Below are positions 14,501 through 32,500 of a DNA stretch of 64,000 nt, piece by piece (within the stretch, counting starts at the first letter, position 1; the number at the start of each line of letters is the position of its first letter). Under the pieces are notes generated by a model that worked only from the letters and a program-made list of their open reading frames with translations, was not told the origin of the DNA and did not search any database. The position numbers and the translations under genes are program-made. This stretch comes from Eledone cirrhosa (lineage: Eukaryota). The stretch spans positions 389,546,001 through 389,610,000 of the forward strand of contig OZ024741.1 in NCBI GenBank assembly GCA_964016885.1, read 5' to 3'.

Positions 14501-17500
14501 TACAACAGTACCACTACTGTAGACTACGGTCCAAACCACTACTACAACAGTACAACTACTGTAGACTATGGTACTCACCACTACTACAACAGCAACTCTA
14601 CTGTAGACTATGGTACTCACCACTACTACAACAGCAACTCTACTGTAGACTATGGTACTCACCACTACTACAACAGTACCACTACTCTAGACTACGGTAC
14701 TCACCACTACTACAACAGTACCACTACTCTAGACTACGGTACTCACCACTACTACAACAGTACCACTACTGTAGACTACGGTACTCACCACTACTACAAC
14801 AGTACCACTACTCTAGACTATGGTACTCACCACTACTACAACAGTACCACTACTCTAGACTATGGTACTCACCACTACTACAACAGTACCACTACTGTAG
14901 ACTATGGTACTCACCACTACTACAACAGTACCACTACTCTAGACTATGGTACTCACTACTACTACAACAGTACCACTACTCTAGACTATGGTACTCACCA
15001 CTACTACAACAGTACCACTACTGTAGACTACGGTACTCACCACTACTACAACAGTACCACTACTGTAGACTATGGTACTCACCACTACTACAACAGTACC
15101 ACTACTGTAGACTATGGTACTCACCACTACTACAACAGTACCACTACTCTAGACTATGGTACTCACCACTACTACAACAGTACCACCACTGTAGACTATG
15201 GTACTCACCACCACTACAACAGTACCACTACTGTAGACTATGGTACTCACCACTACTACAAAAGTACCACTACTGTAGACTATGGTACTCACCACTACTA
15301 CAACAGTACCACTACTGTAGACTATGGTACTCACCACTACTACAACAGTACCACTACTGTAGACTATGCTACTCACCACTACTACAACAGTACCACTACT
15401 GTAGACTACGGTACTCACCATTACTACAACAGTACCACTACTGTAGACTACGGTACTCACCACTACTACAACATTACCACTACTGTAGACTATGGTACTC
15501 ACCACTACTACAACAGTACCACTACTGTAGACTATGGTACTCACCACTACTACAACAGTACCACTACTGTAGACTATGGTACTCACCACTACTACAACAG
15601 TACCACTACTCTAGACTATGGTACTCACCACTACTACAACAGTACCACTACTCTAGACTATGGTACTCACCACTAATACAACAGTACCACTACTGTAGAC
15701 TACGGTCCAAACCACTACTACAACAGTACAACTACTGTAGACTATGGTACTCACCACTACTACAACAGCAACTCTACTGTAGACTATGGTACTCACCACT
15801 ACTACAACAGCAACTCTACTGTAGACTATGGTACTCACCACTACTACAACAGTACCACTACTCTAGACTACGGTACTCACCACTACTACAACAGTACCAC
15901 TACTCTAGACTACGGTACTCACCACTACTACAACAGTACCACTACTGTAGACTACGGTACTCACCACTACTACAACAGTACCACTACTCTAGACTATGGT
16001 ACTCACCACTACTACAACAGTACCACTACTCTAGACTATGGTACTCACCACTACTACAACAGTACCACTACTGTAGACTATGGTACTCACCACTACTACA
16101 ACAGTACCACTACTCTAGACTATGGTACTCACTACTACTACAACAGTACCACTACTCTAGACTATGGTACTCACCACTACTACAACAGTACAACTACTGT
16201 AGACTACGGTACTCACCACTACTACAACAGTACCACTACTGTAGACTATGGTACTCACCACTACTACAACAGTACCACTACTCTAGACTATGGTACTCAC
16301 CACTACTACAACAGTACCACTACTGTAGACTATGGTACTCACCACTACTACAACAGTACCACTACTCTAGACTATGGTACTCACTACTACTACAACAGTA
16401 CCACTACTCTAGACTATGGTACTCACCACTACTACAACAGTACCACTACTGTAGACTACGGTACTCACCACTACTACAACAGTACCACTACTCTAGACTA
16501 CGGTACTCACCACTACTACAACAGTACCACTACTCTAGACTACGGAACTCACCACTACTACAACAGTACCACTACTCTAGACTACGGTACTCACCACTAC
16601 TACAACAGTACCACTACTCTAGACTACGGAACTCACCACTACTACAACAGTACCACTACTGTAGACTACGGTACTCACCACTACTACAACAGTACCACTA
16701 CTCTAGACTATGGTACTCACTACTACTACAACAGTACCACTACTCTAGACTATGGTACTCACCACTACTACAACAGTACCACTACTCTAGACTACGGTAC
16801 TCACCACTACTACAACAGTACCACTACTCTAGACTACGGTACTCACCACTACTACAACAGTACCACTAATCTAGACTACGGTACTCACCACTACTACAAC
16901 AGTACAACTACTGCAGACTACGGTACTCACTACTACTACAACAGTACCACTACTCTAGACTATGGTACTCACTACTACTACAACAGTACCACTACTCTAG
17001 ACTACGGTACTCACCACTACTACAACAGTACCACTACTCTAGACTACGGAACTCACCACTACTACAACAGTACCACTACTGCAGACTACGGTACTCACCA
17101 CTACTACAACAGTACCACTACTCTAGACTACGGTACTCACCACTACTACAACAGTACCACTACTCTAGACTACGGTACTCACCACTACTACAACAGTACC
17201 ACTACTCTAGACTATGGTACTCACCACTACTACAACAGTACCACTACTGTAGACTACGGTACTCACCACTACTACAACAGTACCACTACTGTAGACTATG
17301 GTACTCACCACTACTACAACAGTACCACTACTCTAGACTATGGTACTCACCACTACTACAACAGTACCACTACTCTAGACTACAGAACTCACCACTACTA
17401 CAACAGTACCACTACTGTAGACTACGGTACTCACCACTACTACAACAGTACCACTACTGCAGACTACGGTACTCACTACTACTACAACAGTACCACTACT

Positions 17501-20500
17501 GTAGACTATGGTACTCACCACTACTACAACAGTACCACTACTGTAGACTACGCTACTCACCACTACTACAACAGTACCACTACTGTAGACTATGGTACTC
17601 ACCACTACTACAACAGTACCACTAATGTAGACTACGGTACTCACCACTACTACAACAGTACCACTACCGTAGACTATGGTACTCACCACTACTACAACAG
17701 TACCACTAATGTAGACTACGGTACTCACCACTACTACAACAGTACAACTACTGTAGACTATGGTACTCACCACTACTACAACAGTACCACTACTGTAGAC
17801 TACGCTACTCACCACTACTACAACAGTACCACCACTGTAGACTATGGTACTCACCACCACTACAACAGTACCACTACTGTAGACTATGGTACTCACCACT
17901 ACTACAAAAGTACCACTACTGTAGACTACGGTACTCACCACTACTACAACAGTACCACTACTGTAGACTATGGTACTCACCACTACTACAACAGTACCAC
18001 TACTGTAGACTACTGTACTCACCACTACTACAACATTACCACTACTGTAGACTATGGTACTCACCACTACTACAACAGTACCACTACTCTAGACTATGGT
18101 ACTCACCACTACTACAACAGTACCACTACTGTAGACTATGGTACTCACCACTACTACAACAGTACCACTACTCTAGACTATGGTACTCACCACTACTACA
18201 ACAGTACCACTACTCTAGACTATGGTACTCACCACTAATACAACAGTACCACTACTGTAGACTACGGTACTCACCACTACTACAACAGTACAACTACTGT
18301 AGACTATGGTACTCACAACTACTACAACATCAACTCTACTGTAGACTATGGTACTCACCACTACTACAACAGTACCACTACTGTAGACTATGGTACTCAC
18401 CACTACTACAACAGTACCACTACTGTAGACTATGGTACTCACCACTAGTACAACAGTACCACTACTGTAGACTATGGTACTCACCACTACTACAACAGTA
18501 CCACTACTGTAGACTACGGTACTCACCACTACTACAACAGTACCACTACTGTAGACTATGGTACTCACCACTACTACAACAGTACCACTACTCTAGACTA
18601 CGGTACTCACCACTACTACAACAGTACCACTACTCTAGACTACGGTACTCACCACTACTACAACAGTACCACTAATGTAGACTATGGTACTCACCACTAC
18701 TACAACAGTACCACTACTCTAGACTACGGTACTCACCACTACTAAAACAGTACAACTACTGTAGACTACGGTACACACCACTACTACAACAGTACCACTA
18801 CTCTAGACTACGGTACTCACCACTACTACAACAGTACCCCTACTCTAGACTACGGTACTCACCACTACTACAACATTACAACTACTGTAGACTATGGTAC
18901 TCACCACTACTACAACAGTACCACTACTGTAGACTATGGTACTCACCACTACTACAACAGTACCACTACTGTAGACTATGGTACTCACCACTACTACAAC
19001 AGTACCACTACTCTAGACTACGGTACTCACCACTACTACAACAGTACAACTACTGTAGACTACGGTACTCACCACTACTACAACAGCAACTCTACTGTAG
19101 ACTATGGTACTCACCACTACTACAACAGCAATTCTACTGTAGACTATGGTACTCACCACTACTACAACAGTACCACTACTCTAGACTACGGTACTCACCA
19201 CTACTAAAACAGTACCACTACTCTAGACTACGGTACTCACCACTACTACAACAGTACCACTACTGTAGACTACGGTACTCACCACTACTACAACAGTACC
19301 ACCACTGTAGACTATGGTACTCACCACCACTACAACAGTACCACTACTGTAGACTATGGTACTCACCACTACTACAAAAGTACCACTACTGTAGACTACG
19401 GTACTCACCACTACTACAACAGTACCACTACTGTAGACTACGGTACTCACCACTACTACAACATTACCACTACTGTAGACTATGGTACTCACCACTGCTA
19501 CAACAGTACCACTACTCTAGACTATGGTACTCACCACTACTACAACAGTACCACTACTGTAGACTATGGTACTCACCACTACTACAACAGTACCACTACT
19601 CTAGACTATGGTACTCACCACTACTACAACAGTACAACTACTGTAGACTATGGTACTCACCACTACTACAACAGTACCACTACTGTAGACTACGGTACTC
19701 ACCACTACTACAACAGTACCACTACTCTAGACTATGGTACTCACCACTACTACAACAGTACCACTACTCTAGACTATGGTACTCACCACTACTACAACAG
19801 TACCACTACTGTAGACTACGGTACTCACCACTACTACAACAGTACCACTAATGTAGACTATGGTACTCACCACTACTACAACAGTACAACTACTGTAGAC
19901 TACGGTACTCACCACTACTACAACAGTACCACTACTGTAGACTATGGTACTCACCACTACTACAACAGTACCACTACTGTAGACTACGGTACTCACCACT
20001 ACTACAACAGTACCACTAATGTAGACTATGGTACTCACCACTACTACAACAGTACAACTACTGTAGACTACGGTACTCACCACTACTACAACAGTACCAC
20101 TACTGTAGACTATGGTACTCACCACTACTACAACAGTACCACTACTGTAGACTACGGTACTCACCACTACTACAACAGTACCACTACTCTAGACTACGGT
20201 ACTCACCACTACTACAACAGTACAACTGCTGTAGACTACGGTACTCACCACTACTACAACAGTACCACTACTGTAGACTATGGTACTCACCACTACTACA
20301 ACAGCAACTCTACTGTTGACTATGGTACTCACCACTACTACAACAGCAACTCTACTGTAGACTATGGTACTCACCATTACTACAACAGCAACTCTACTGT
20401 AGACTATGGTACTCACCACTACTACAACAGTACCACTACTCTAGACTACGGTACTCACCACTACTACAACAGTACCACTACTCTAGACTACGGTACTCAC

Positions 20501-23500
20501 CACTACTACAACAGTACCACTACTGTAGACTACGGTACTCACCACTACTACAACAGTACCACTACTCTAGACTATGGTACTCACCACTACTACAACAGTA
20601 GCACTACTGTAGACTATGGTACTCACTACTACTACAACAGTACCACTACTCTAGACTATGGTACTCACCACTACTACAACAGTACCACTACTCTAGACTA
20701 TGGTACTCACCACTACTACAACAGTACCACTACTCTAGACTACGGTACTCACCACTACTACAACAGTACCACTACTCTAGACTACGGTACTCACCACTAC
20801 TACAACAGTACCACTAATGTAGACTATGGTACTCACCACTACTACAACAGTACCACTACTCTAGACTACGGTACTCACCGCTACTACAACAGTACAACTA
20901 CTGTAGACTATGGTACTCACCACTACTACAACATTACCACTTCTCTAGACTACGGTACTCACCACTACTACAACAGTACAACTACTGTAGACTATGGTAC
21001 TCACCACTACTGCAACAGTACCACTACTGTAGACTATGGTACTCACCACTACTACAACAGTACCACTACTGTAGACTATGGTACTCACCACTACTACAAC
21101 AGTACCACTACTGTAGACTACGGTACTCACCACTACTACAACAACAACTCTACTGTAGACTATGGTACTCACCACTACTACAACAGCAACTCTACTGTAG
21201 ACTATGGTACTCACCACTACTACAACAGCACCACTACTGTAGACTACGGTACTCACCACTACTACAACAGTACCACTACTGTAGACTACGGTACTCACCA
21301 CTACTACAACAGTACCACTACTGTAGACTATGGTACTCACCACTACTACAACAGTACCACTACTCTAGACTATGGTACTCACCACTACTACAACAGTACC
21401 ACTACTGTAGACTATGGTACTCACCACTACTACAACAGTACCACTACTCTAGACTATGGTACTCACTACTACTACAACAGTACCACTACTCTAGACTATG
21501 GTACTCACCACTACTACAACAGTACCACTACTGTAGACTACGGTACTCACCACTACTACAACAGTACCACTACTCTAGACTACGGTACTCACCACTACTA
21601 CAACAGTACCACTACTCTAGACTACGGAACTCACCACTACTACAACAGTACCACTACTCTAGACTACGGTACTCACCACTACTACAACAGTACCACTACT
21701 CTAGACTACGGAACTCACCACTACTACAACAGTACCACTACTGCAGACTACGGTACTCACTACTACTACAACAGTACCACTACTGTAGACTACGGTACTC
21801 ACCACTACTACAACAGTACCACTACTGCAGACTACGGTACTCACTACTACTACAACAGTACCACTACTGTAGACTACGCTACTCACCACTACTACAACAG
21901 TACCACTACTGTAGACTATGGTACTCACCACTACTACAACAGTACCACTAATGTAGACTACGGTACTCACCACTACTACAACAGTACCACTACCGTAGAC
22001 TATGGTACTCACCACTACTACAACAGTACCACTAATGTAGACTACGGTACTCACCACTACTACAACATTACCACTACTGTAGACTATGGTACTCACCACT
22101 ACTACAACAGTACCACTACTCTAGACTATGGTACTCACCACTACTACAACAGTACCACTACTGTAGACTACGCTACTCACCACTACTACAACAGTACCAC
22201 CACTGTAGACTATGGTACTCACCACCACTACAACAGTACCACTACTGTAGACTATGGTACTCACCACTACTACAAAAGTACCACTACTGTAGACTACGGT
22301 ACTCACCACTACTACAACAGTACCACTACTGTAGACTATGGTACTCACCACTACTACAACAGTACCACTACTGTAGACTACTGTACTCACCACTACTACA
22401 ACATTACCACTACTGTAGACTATGGTACTCACCACTACTACAACAGTACCACTACTCTAGACTATGGTACTCACCACTACTACAACAGTACCACTACTGT
22501 AGACTATGGTACTCACCACTACTACAACAGTACCACTACTCTAGACTATGGTACTCACCACTACTACAACAGTACCACTACTCTAGACTATGGTACTCAC
22601 CACTAATACAACAGTACCACTACTGTAGACTACGGTACTCACCACTACTACAACAGTACAACTACTGTAGACTATGGTACTCACCACTACTACAACAGCA
22701 ACTCTACTGTAGACTATGGTACTCACCACTACTACAACAGTACCACTACTGTAGACTATGGTACTCACCACTACTACAACAGTACCACTACTGTAGACTA
22801 TGGTACTCACCACTAGTACAACAGTACCACTACTGTAGACTATGGTACTCACCACTACTACAACAGTACCACTACTGTAGACTACGGTACTCACCACTAC
22901 TACAACAGTACCACTACTGTAGACTATGGTACTCACCACTACTACAACAGTACCACTACTCTAGACTACGGTACTCACCACTACTACAACAGTACCACTA
23001 CTCTAGACTACGGTACTCACCACTACTACAACAGTACCACTAATGTAGACTATGGTACTCACCACTACTACAACAGTACCACTACTCTAGACTACGGTAC
23101 TCACCACTACTAAAACAGTACAACTACTGTAGACTACGGTACACACCACTACTACAACAGTACCACTACTCTAGACTACGGTACTCACCACTACTACAAC
23201 AGTACCCCTACTCTAGACTACGGTACTCACCACTACTACAACATTACAACTACTGTAGACTATGGTACTCACCACTACTACAACAGTACCACTACTGTAG
23301 ACTATGGTACTCACCACTACTACAACAGTACCACTACTGTAGACTATGGTACTCACCACTACTACAACAGTACCACTACTCTAGACTACGGTACTCACCA
23401 CTACTACAACAGTACAACTACTGTAGACTACGGTACTCACCACTACTACAACAGCAACTCTACTGTAGACTATGGTACTCACCACTACTACAACAGCAAC

Positions 23501-26500
23501 TCTACTGTAGACTATGGTACTCACCACTACTACAACAGTACCACTACTCTAGACTACGGTACTCACCACTACTAAAACAGTACCACTACTCTAGACTACG
23601 GTACTCACCACTACTACAACAGTACCACTACTGTAGACTACGGTACTCACCACTACTACAACAGTACCACCACTGTAGACTATGGTACTCACCACCACTA
23701 CAACAGTACCACTACTGTAGACTATGGTACTCACCACTACTACAAAAGTACCACTACTGTAGACTACGGTACTCACCACTACTACAACAGTACCACTACT
23801 GTAGACTACGGTACTCACCACTACTACAACATTACCACTACTGTAGACTATGGTACTCACCACTGCTACAACAGTACCACTACTCTAGACTATGGTACTC
23901 ACCACTACTACAACAGTACCACTACTGTAGACTATGGTACTCACCACTACTACAACAGTACCACTACTCTAGACTATGGTACTCACCACTACTACAACAG
24001 TACAACTACTGTAGACTATGGTACTCACCACTACTACAACAGTACCACTACTGTAGACTAAGGTACTCACCACTACTACAACAGTACCACTACTGTAGAC
24101 TACGGTACTCACCACTACTACAACAGTACAACTACTGTAGACTATGGTACTCACCACTACTACAACAGTACCACTACTGTAGACTACGGTACTCACCACT
24201 ACTACAACAGTACCACTACTCTAGACTACGGTACTCACCACTACTACAACAGTACAACTGCTGTAGACTACGGTACTCACCACTACTACAACAGTACAAC
24301 TACTGTAGACTATGGTACTCACCACTACTACAACAGTACCACTACTGTAGACTATGGTACTCACCACTACTACAACAGCAACTCTACTGTTGACTATGGT
24401 ACTCACCACTACTACAACAGCAACTCTACTGTAGACTATGGTACTCACCATTACTACAACAGCAACTCTACTGTAGACTATGGTACTCACCACTACTACA
24501 ACAGTACCACTACTCTAGACTACGGTACTCACCACTACTACAACAGTACCACTACTCTAGACTACGGTACTCACCACTACTACAACAGTACAACTACTGT
24601 AGACTATGGTACTCACCACTACTACAACAGTACCACTACTGTAGACTACGGTACTCACCACTACTACAACAGTACCACTACTCTAGACTACGGTACTCAC
24701 CACTACTACAACAGTACAACTGCTGTAGACTACGGTACTCACCACTACTACAACAGTACCACTACTGTAGACTATGGTACTCACCACTACTACAACAGCA
24801 ACTCTACTGTAGACTATGGTACTCACCATTACTACAACAGCAACTCTACTGTAGACTATGGTACTCACCACTACTACAACAGTACCACTACTCTAGACTA
24901 CGGTACGCACCACTACTACAACAGTACCACTACTCTAGACTACGGTACTCACCACTACTACAACAGTACCACTACTGTAGACTACGGTACTCACCACTAC
25001 TACAACAGTACCACTACTCTAGACTATGGTACTCACCACTACTACAACAGTAGCACTACTGTAGACTATGGTACTCACTACTACTACAACAGTACCACTA
25101 CTCTAGACTATGGTACTCACCACTACTACAACAGTACCACTACTCTAGACTATGGTACTCACCACTACTACAACAGTACCACTACTCTAGACTACGGTAC
25201 TCACCACTACTACAACAGTACAACTACTCTAGACTACGGTACTCACCACTACTACAACAGTACCACTAATGTAGACTATGGTACTCACCACTACTACAAC
25301 AGTACCACTACTCTAGACTATGGTACTCACCACTACTACAACAGTACCACTACTCTAGACTATGGTACTCACCACTACTACAACAGTACCACTACTCTAG
25401 ACTACGGTATTCACCACTACTACAACAGTACCACTACTCTAGACTATGGTACTCACCACTACTACAACAGTAGCACTACTGTAGACTATGGTACTCACCA
25501 CTACTACAACAGTACCACTACTGTAGACTATGGTACTCACCACTACTACAACAGTACCACTACTGTAGACTACGCTACTCACCACTACTACAACAGTACC
25601 ACTACTGTAGACTATGGTACTCACCACTACTACAACAGTACCACTAATGTAGACTACGGTACTCACCACTACTACAACAGTACCACTACCGTAGACTATG
25701 GTACTCACCACTACTACAACAGTACCACTAATGTAGACTACGGTACTCACCACTACTACAACAGTACAACTACTGTAGACTATGGTACTCACCACTACTA
25801 CAACAGTACCACTACTGTAGACTACGCTACTCACCACTACTACAACAGTACCACCACTGTAGACTATGGTACTCACCACCACTACAACAGTACCACTACT
25901 GTAGACTATGGTACTCACCACTACTACAAAAGTACCACTACTGTAGACTACGGTACTCACCACTACTACAACAGTACCACTACTGTAGACTATGGTACTC
26001 ACCACTACTACAACAGTACCACTACTGTAGACTACTGTACTCACCACTACTACAACATTACCACTACTGTAGACTATGGTACTCACCACTACTACAACAG
26101 TACCACTACTCTAGACTATGGTACTCACCACTACTACAACAGTACCACTACTGTAGACTATGGTACTCACCACTACTACAACAGTACCACTACTCTAGAC
26201 TATGGTACTCACCACTACTACAACAGTACCACTACTCTAGACTATGGTACTCACCACTAATACAACAGTACCACTACTGTAGACTACGGTACTCACCACT
26301 ACTACAACAGTACAACTACTGTAGACTATGGTACTCACCACTACTACAACAGCAACTCTACTGTAGACTATGGTACTCACCACTACTACAACAGTACCAC
26401 TACTGTAGACTATGGTACTCACCACTACTACAACAGTACCACTACTGTAGACTATGGTACTCACCACTAGTACAACAGTACCACTACTGTAGACTATGGT

Positions 26501-29500
26501 ACTCACCACTACTACAACAGTACCACTACTGTAGACTACGGTACTCACCACTACTACAACAGTACCACTACTGTAGACTATGGTACTCACCACTACTACA
26601 ACAGTACCACTACTCTAGACTACGGTACTCACCACTACTACAACAGTACCACTACTCTAGACTACGGTACTCACCACTACTACAACAGTACCACTAATGT
26701 AGACTATGGTACTCACCACTACTACAACAGTACCACTACTCTAGACTACGGTACTCACCACTACTAAAACAGTACAACTACTGTAGACTACGGTACACAC
26801 CACTACTACAACAGTACAACTACTCTAGACTACGGTACTCACCACTACTACAACAGTACCCCTACTCTAGACTACGGTACTCACCACTACTACAACATTA
26901 CAACTACTGTAGACTATGGTACTCACCACTACTACAACAGTACCACTACTGTAGACTATGGTACTCACCACTACTACAACAGTACCACTACTGTAGACTA
27001 TGGTACTCACCACTACTACAACAGTACCACTACTCTAGACTACGGTACTCACCACTACTACAACAGTACAACTACTGTAGACTACGGTACTCACCACTAC
27101 TACAACAGCGACTCTACTGTAGACTATGGTACTCACCACTACTACAACAGCAACTCTACTGTAGACTATGGTACTCACCACTACTACAACAGTACCACTA
27201 CTCTAGACTACGGTACTCACCACTACTAAAACAGTACCACTACTCTAGACTACGGTACTCACCACTACTACAACAGTACCACTACTGTAGACTACGGTAC
27301 TCACCACTACTACAACAGTACCACCACTGTAGACTATGGTACTCACCACCACTACAACAGTACCACTACTGTAGACTATGGTACTCACCACTACTACAAC
27401 AGTACCACTACTCTAGACTACGGTACTCACCACTACTACAACAGTACCACTACTCTAGACTACGGTACTCACCACTACTACAACAGTACCACTAATGTAG
27501 ACTATGGTACTCACCACTACTACAACAGTACCACTACTCTAGACTACGGTACTCACCACTACTAAAACAGTACAACTACTGTAGACTACGGTACACACCA
27601 CTACTACAACAGTACAACTACTCTAGACTACAGTACTCACCACTACTACAACAGTACCCCTACTCTAGACTACGGTACTCACCACTACTACAACATTACA
27701 ACTACTGTAGACTATGGTACTCACCACTACTACAACAGTACCACTACTGTAGACTATGGTACTCACCACTACTACAACAGTACCACTACTGTAGACTATG
27801 GTACTCACCACTACTACAACAGTACCACTACTCTAGACTACGGTACTCACCACTACTACAACAGTACAACTACTGTAGACTACGGTACTCACCACTACTA
27901 CAACAGCAACTCTACTGTAGACTATGGTACTCACCACTACTACAACAGCAACTCTACTGTAGACTATGGTACTCACCACTACTACAACAGTACCACTACT
28001 CTAGACTACGGTACTCACCACTACTAAAACAGTACCACTACTCTAGACTACGGTACTCACCACTACTACAACAGTACCACTACTGTAGACTACGGTACTC
28101 ACCACTACTACAACAGTACCACCACTGTAGACTATGGTACTCACCACCACTACAACAGTACCACTACTGTAGACTATGGTACTCACCACTACTACAAAAG
28201 TACCACTACTGTAGACTACGGTACTCACCTCTACTACAACAGTACCACTACTGTAGACTACGGTACTCACCACTACTACAACATTACCACTACTGTAGAC
28301 TATGGTACTCACCACTGCTACAACAGTACCACTACTCTAGACTATGGTACTCACCACTACTACAACAGTACAACTACTGTAGACTATGGTACTCACCACT
28401 ACTACAACAGTACCACTACTGTAGACTACGGTACTCACCACTACTACAACAGTACCACTACTGTAGACTACGGTACTCACCACTACTACAACAGTACAAC
28501 TACTGTAGACTATGGTACTCACCACTACTACAACAGTACCACTACTGTAGACTACGGTACTCACCACTACTACAACAGTACCACTACTCTAGACTACGGG
28601 ACTCACCACTACTACAACAGTACAACTGCTGTAGACTACGGTACTCACCACTACTACAACAGTACAACTACTGTAGACTATGGTACTCACCACTACTACA
28701 ACAGTACCACTACTGTAGACTATGGTACTCACCACTACTACAACAGCAACTCTACTGTTGACTATGGTACTCACCACTACTACAACAGCAACTCTACTGT
28801 AGACTATGGTACTCACCATTACTACAACAGCAACTCTACTGTAGACTATGGTACTCACCACTACTACAACAGTACCACTACTCTAGACTACGGTACTCAC
28901 CACTACTACAACAGTACCACTACTCTAGACTACGGTACTCATCACTACTACAACAGTACCACTACTGTAGACTACGGTACTCACCACTACTACAACAGTA
29001 CCACTACTCTAGACTATGGTACTCACCACTACTACAACAGTAGCACTACTGTAGACTATGGTACTCACTACTACTACAACAGTACCACTACTCTAGACTA
29101 TGGTACTCACCACTACTACAACAGTACCACTACTCTAGACTATGGTACTCACCACTACTACAACAGTACCACTACTCTAGACTACGGTACTCACCACTAC
29201 TACAACAGTACCACTACTCTAGACTACGGTACTCACCACTACTACAACAGTACCACTAATGTAGAGTATGGTACTCACCACTACTACAACAGTACCACTA
29301 CTCTAGACTACGGTACTCACCGCTACTACAACAGTACAACTACTGTAGACTATGGTACTCACCACTACTACAACAGTACCACTACTCTAGACTACGGTAC
29401 TCACCACTACTACAACAGTACAACTACTGTAGACTATGGTACTCACCACTACTGCAACAGTACCACTACCGTAGACTATGGTACTCACCACTACTACAAC

Positions 29501-32500
29501 AGTACCACTACTGTAGACTATGGTACTCACCACTACTACAACAGTACCACTACTGTAGACTACGGTACTCACCACTACTACAACAACAACTCTACTGTAG
29601 ACTATGGTACTCACCACTACTACAACAGCAACTCTACTGTAGACTATGGTACTCACCACTACTACAACAGCACCACTACTGTAGACTACGGTACTCACCA
29701 CTACTACAACAGTACCACTACTGTAGACTACGGTACTCACCACTACTACAACAGTACCACTACTCTAGACTACGGTAATCACCACTACTACAACAGTACC
29801 ACTACTCTAGACTACGGTACTCACCACTACTACAACAGTACCACTACTCTAGAGTATGGTACTCACCACTACTATAACAGTACCACTACTGTAGACTACG
29901 GTACTCACCACTACTACAACAGTACCACTACTCTAGACTACGGTACTCACCACTACTACAACAGTACCACTACTCTAGACTACGGAACTCACCACTACTA
30001 CAACAGTACCACTACTGTAGACTATGGTACTCACCACTACTACAACAGTACCACTACACTAGACTACGGTACTCACCACTACTACAACAGTACCACTACA
30101 CTAGACTACGGTACTCACCACTACTACAACAGTACCACTACACTAGACTACGGAACTCACCACTACTACAACAGTACCACTGCTGTAGACTATAGTACTC
30201 ACCATTACTACAACAGTACCACTACTCTAGACTACGGTACTCACCACTACTACAACAGTACCACTACTGTAGACTATGGTACTCACCATTACTACAACAG
30301 TACCACTACTGTAGACTACGGTACTCACCACTACTACAACAGTACCACTACCGTAGACTATGGTACTCACCACCACTACAACAGTACCACTACTGTAGAC
30401 TATGGTACTCACCACTACTACAACAGTACCACTACTCTAGACTATGGTACTCACCACTACTACAACAGTACCACTACTGTAGACTATGGTACTCACCATT
30501 ACTACAACAGTACCACTACTGTAGACTACGGTACTCACCACTACTACAACAGTACCACTACTCTAGACTATGGTACTCACCACTACTACAACAGTACAAC
30601 TACTGTAGACTATGGTACTCACTACTACTACAACAGTACCACTAATGTAGACTACGGTACTCACCACTACTACAACAGTACAACTACTGTAGACTATGCT
30701 ACTCACCACTACTACAACAGTACCACTACAGTAGACTACGCTACTCACCACAACTACAACAGTACCACTACTGTAGACTACGCTACTCACCACTACTTCA
30801 ACAGTACCACTACTGTAGACTACGCTACTCACCACTACTACAACAGTACCACTACTCTAGACTACGGTACTCACCACTACTACAACAGTACCACTAATGT
30901 AGACTACGGTACTCACCACTACTACAACAGTACCACTACCGTAGACTATGGTACTCACCACTACTACAACAGTACCACTAATGTAGACTACGGTACTCAC
31001 CACTACTACAACAGTACCACTACTGTAGACTACGGTACTCACCACTACTACAACAGTACCACTACTGTAGACTATGGTACTCACCACCACTACAACAGTA
31101 CCACTACTCTAGACTATGGTACTCACCACTACTACGACAGTACCACTACTGTAGACTACGGTACTCACCACTACTACAACAGTACCACTACTCTAGACTA
31201 CGGTACTCACCACTACTACAACAGTACCACTACTGTAGACTATGGTACTCACCACTACTACAACAGTACCACTACTATAGACTATGGTACTCACCACTAC
31301 TACAACAGTACCACTACCGTAGACTATGGTACTCACCACTACTACAACAGTACCACTAATGTAGACTACGGTACTCACCACTACTACAACAGTACCACTA
31401 CTGTAGACTACGGTACTCACCACTACTACAACAGTACCACTACTGTAGACTACGCTACTCACCACTACTACAACAGTACCACCACTGTAGACTATGGTAC
31501 TCACCACCACTACAACAGTACCACTACTGTAGACTATGGTACTCACCACTACTACAACAGTACCACCACTGTAGACTATGGTACTCACCACCACTACAAC
31601 AGTACCACTACTGTAGACTATGGTACTCACCACTACTACAACAGTACCACCACTGTAGACTATGGTACTCACCACCACTACAACAGTACCACTAATGTAG
31701 ACTACGGTACTCACCACTACTACAACAGTACCACTACTCTAGACTAGGGTACTCACCACCACTACAACAGTACCACTACTGTAGACTATGGTACTCACCA
31801 CTACTACAATAGTACCACTACTCTAGACTACGGTACTCACCACTACTACAACAGTACCACTATTGTAGACTACGGTACTCACCATAACTACAACAGTACC
31901 ACTACTGTAGACTATGGTACTCACTACTACTACAACAGTACCACTACTGTAGACTACGCTACTCACCACTACTACAACAGTACCACTACTCTAGACTACG
32001 GTACTCACCACTACTACAACAGTACCACTGCTGTAGACTACAGTACTCACCACTACTACAACAGTACCACTACTCTAGACTACGGTACTCACCACTACTA
32101 CAACAGTACCACCACTGTAGACTATGGTACTCACCACTACTACAACAGTACCACTACTCTAGACTATGGTACTCACCACTACTACAACAGTACCACCACT
32201 GTAGACTATGGTACTCACCACTACTACAACAGTACCACTACTCTAGACTATGGTACTCACCACTACTACAACAGTACCACCACTGTAGACTATGGTACTC
32301 ACCACCACTACAACAGTACAACTATTGTTGACTATGGTACTCACCACTACTACAACAGTACCACTACTGTAGACTACGCTACTCACCACTACTACAACAG
32401 TACCACCACTGTAGACTATGGTACTCACCACCACTACAACAGTACCACTACTGTAGACTATGGTACTCACCACTACTACAAAAGTACCACTACTGTAGAC

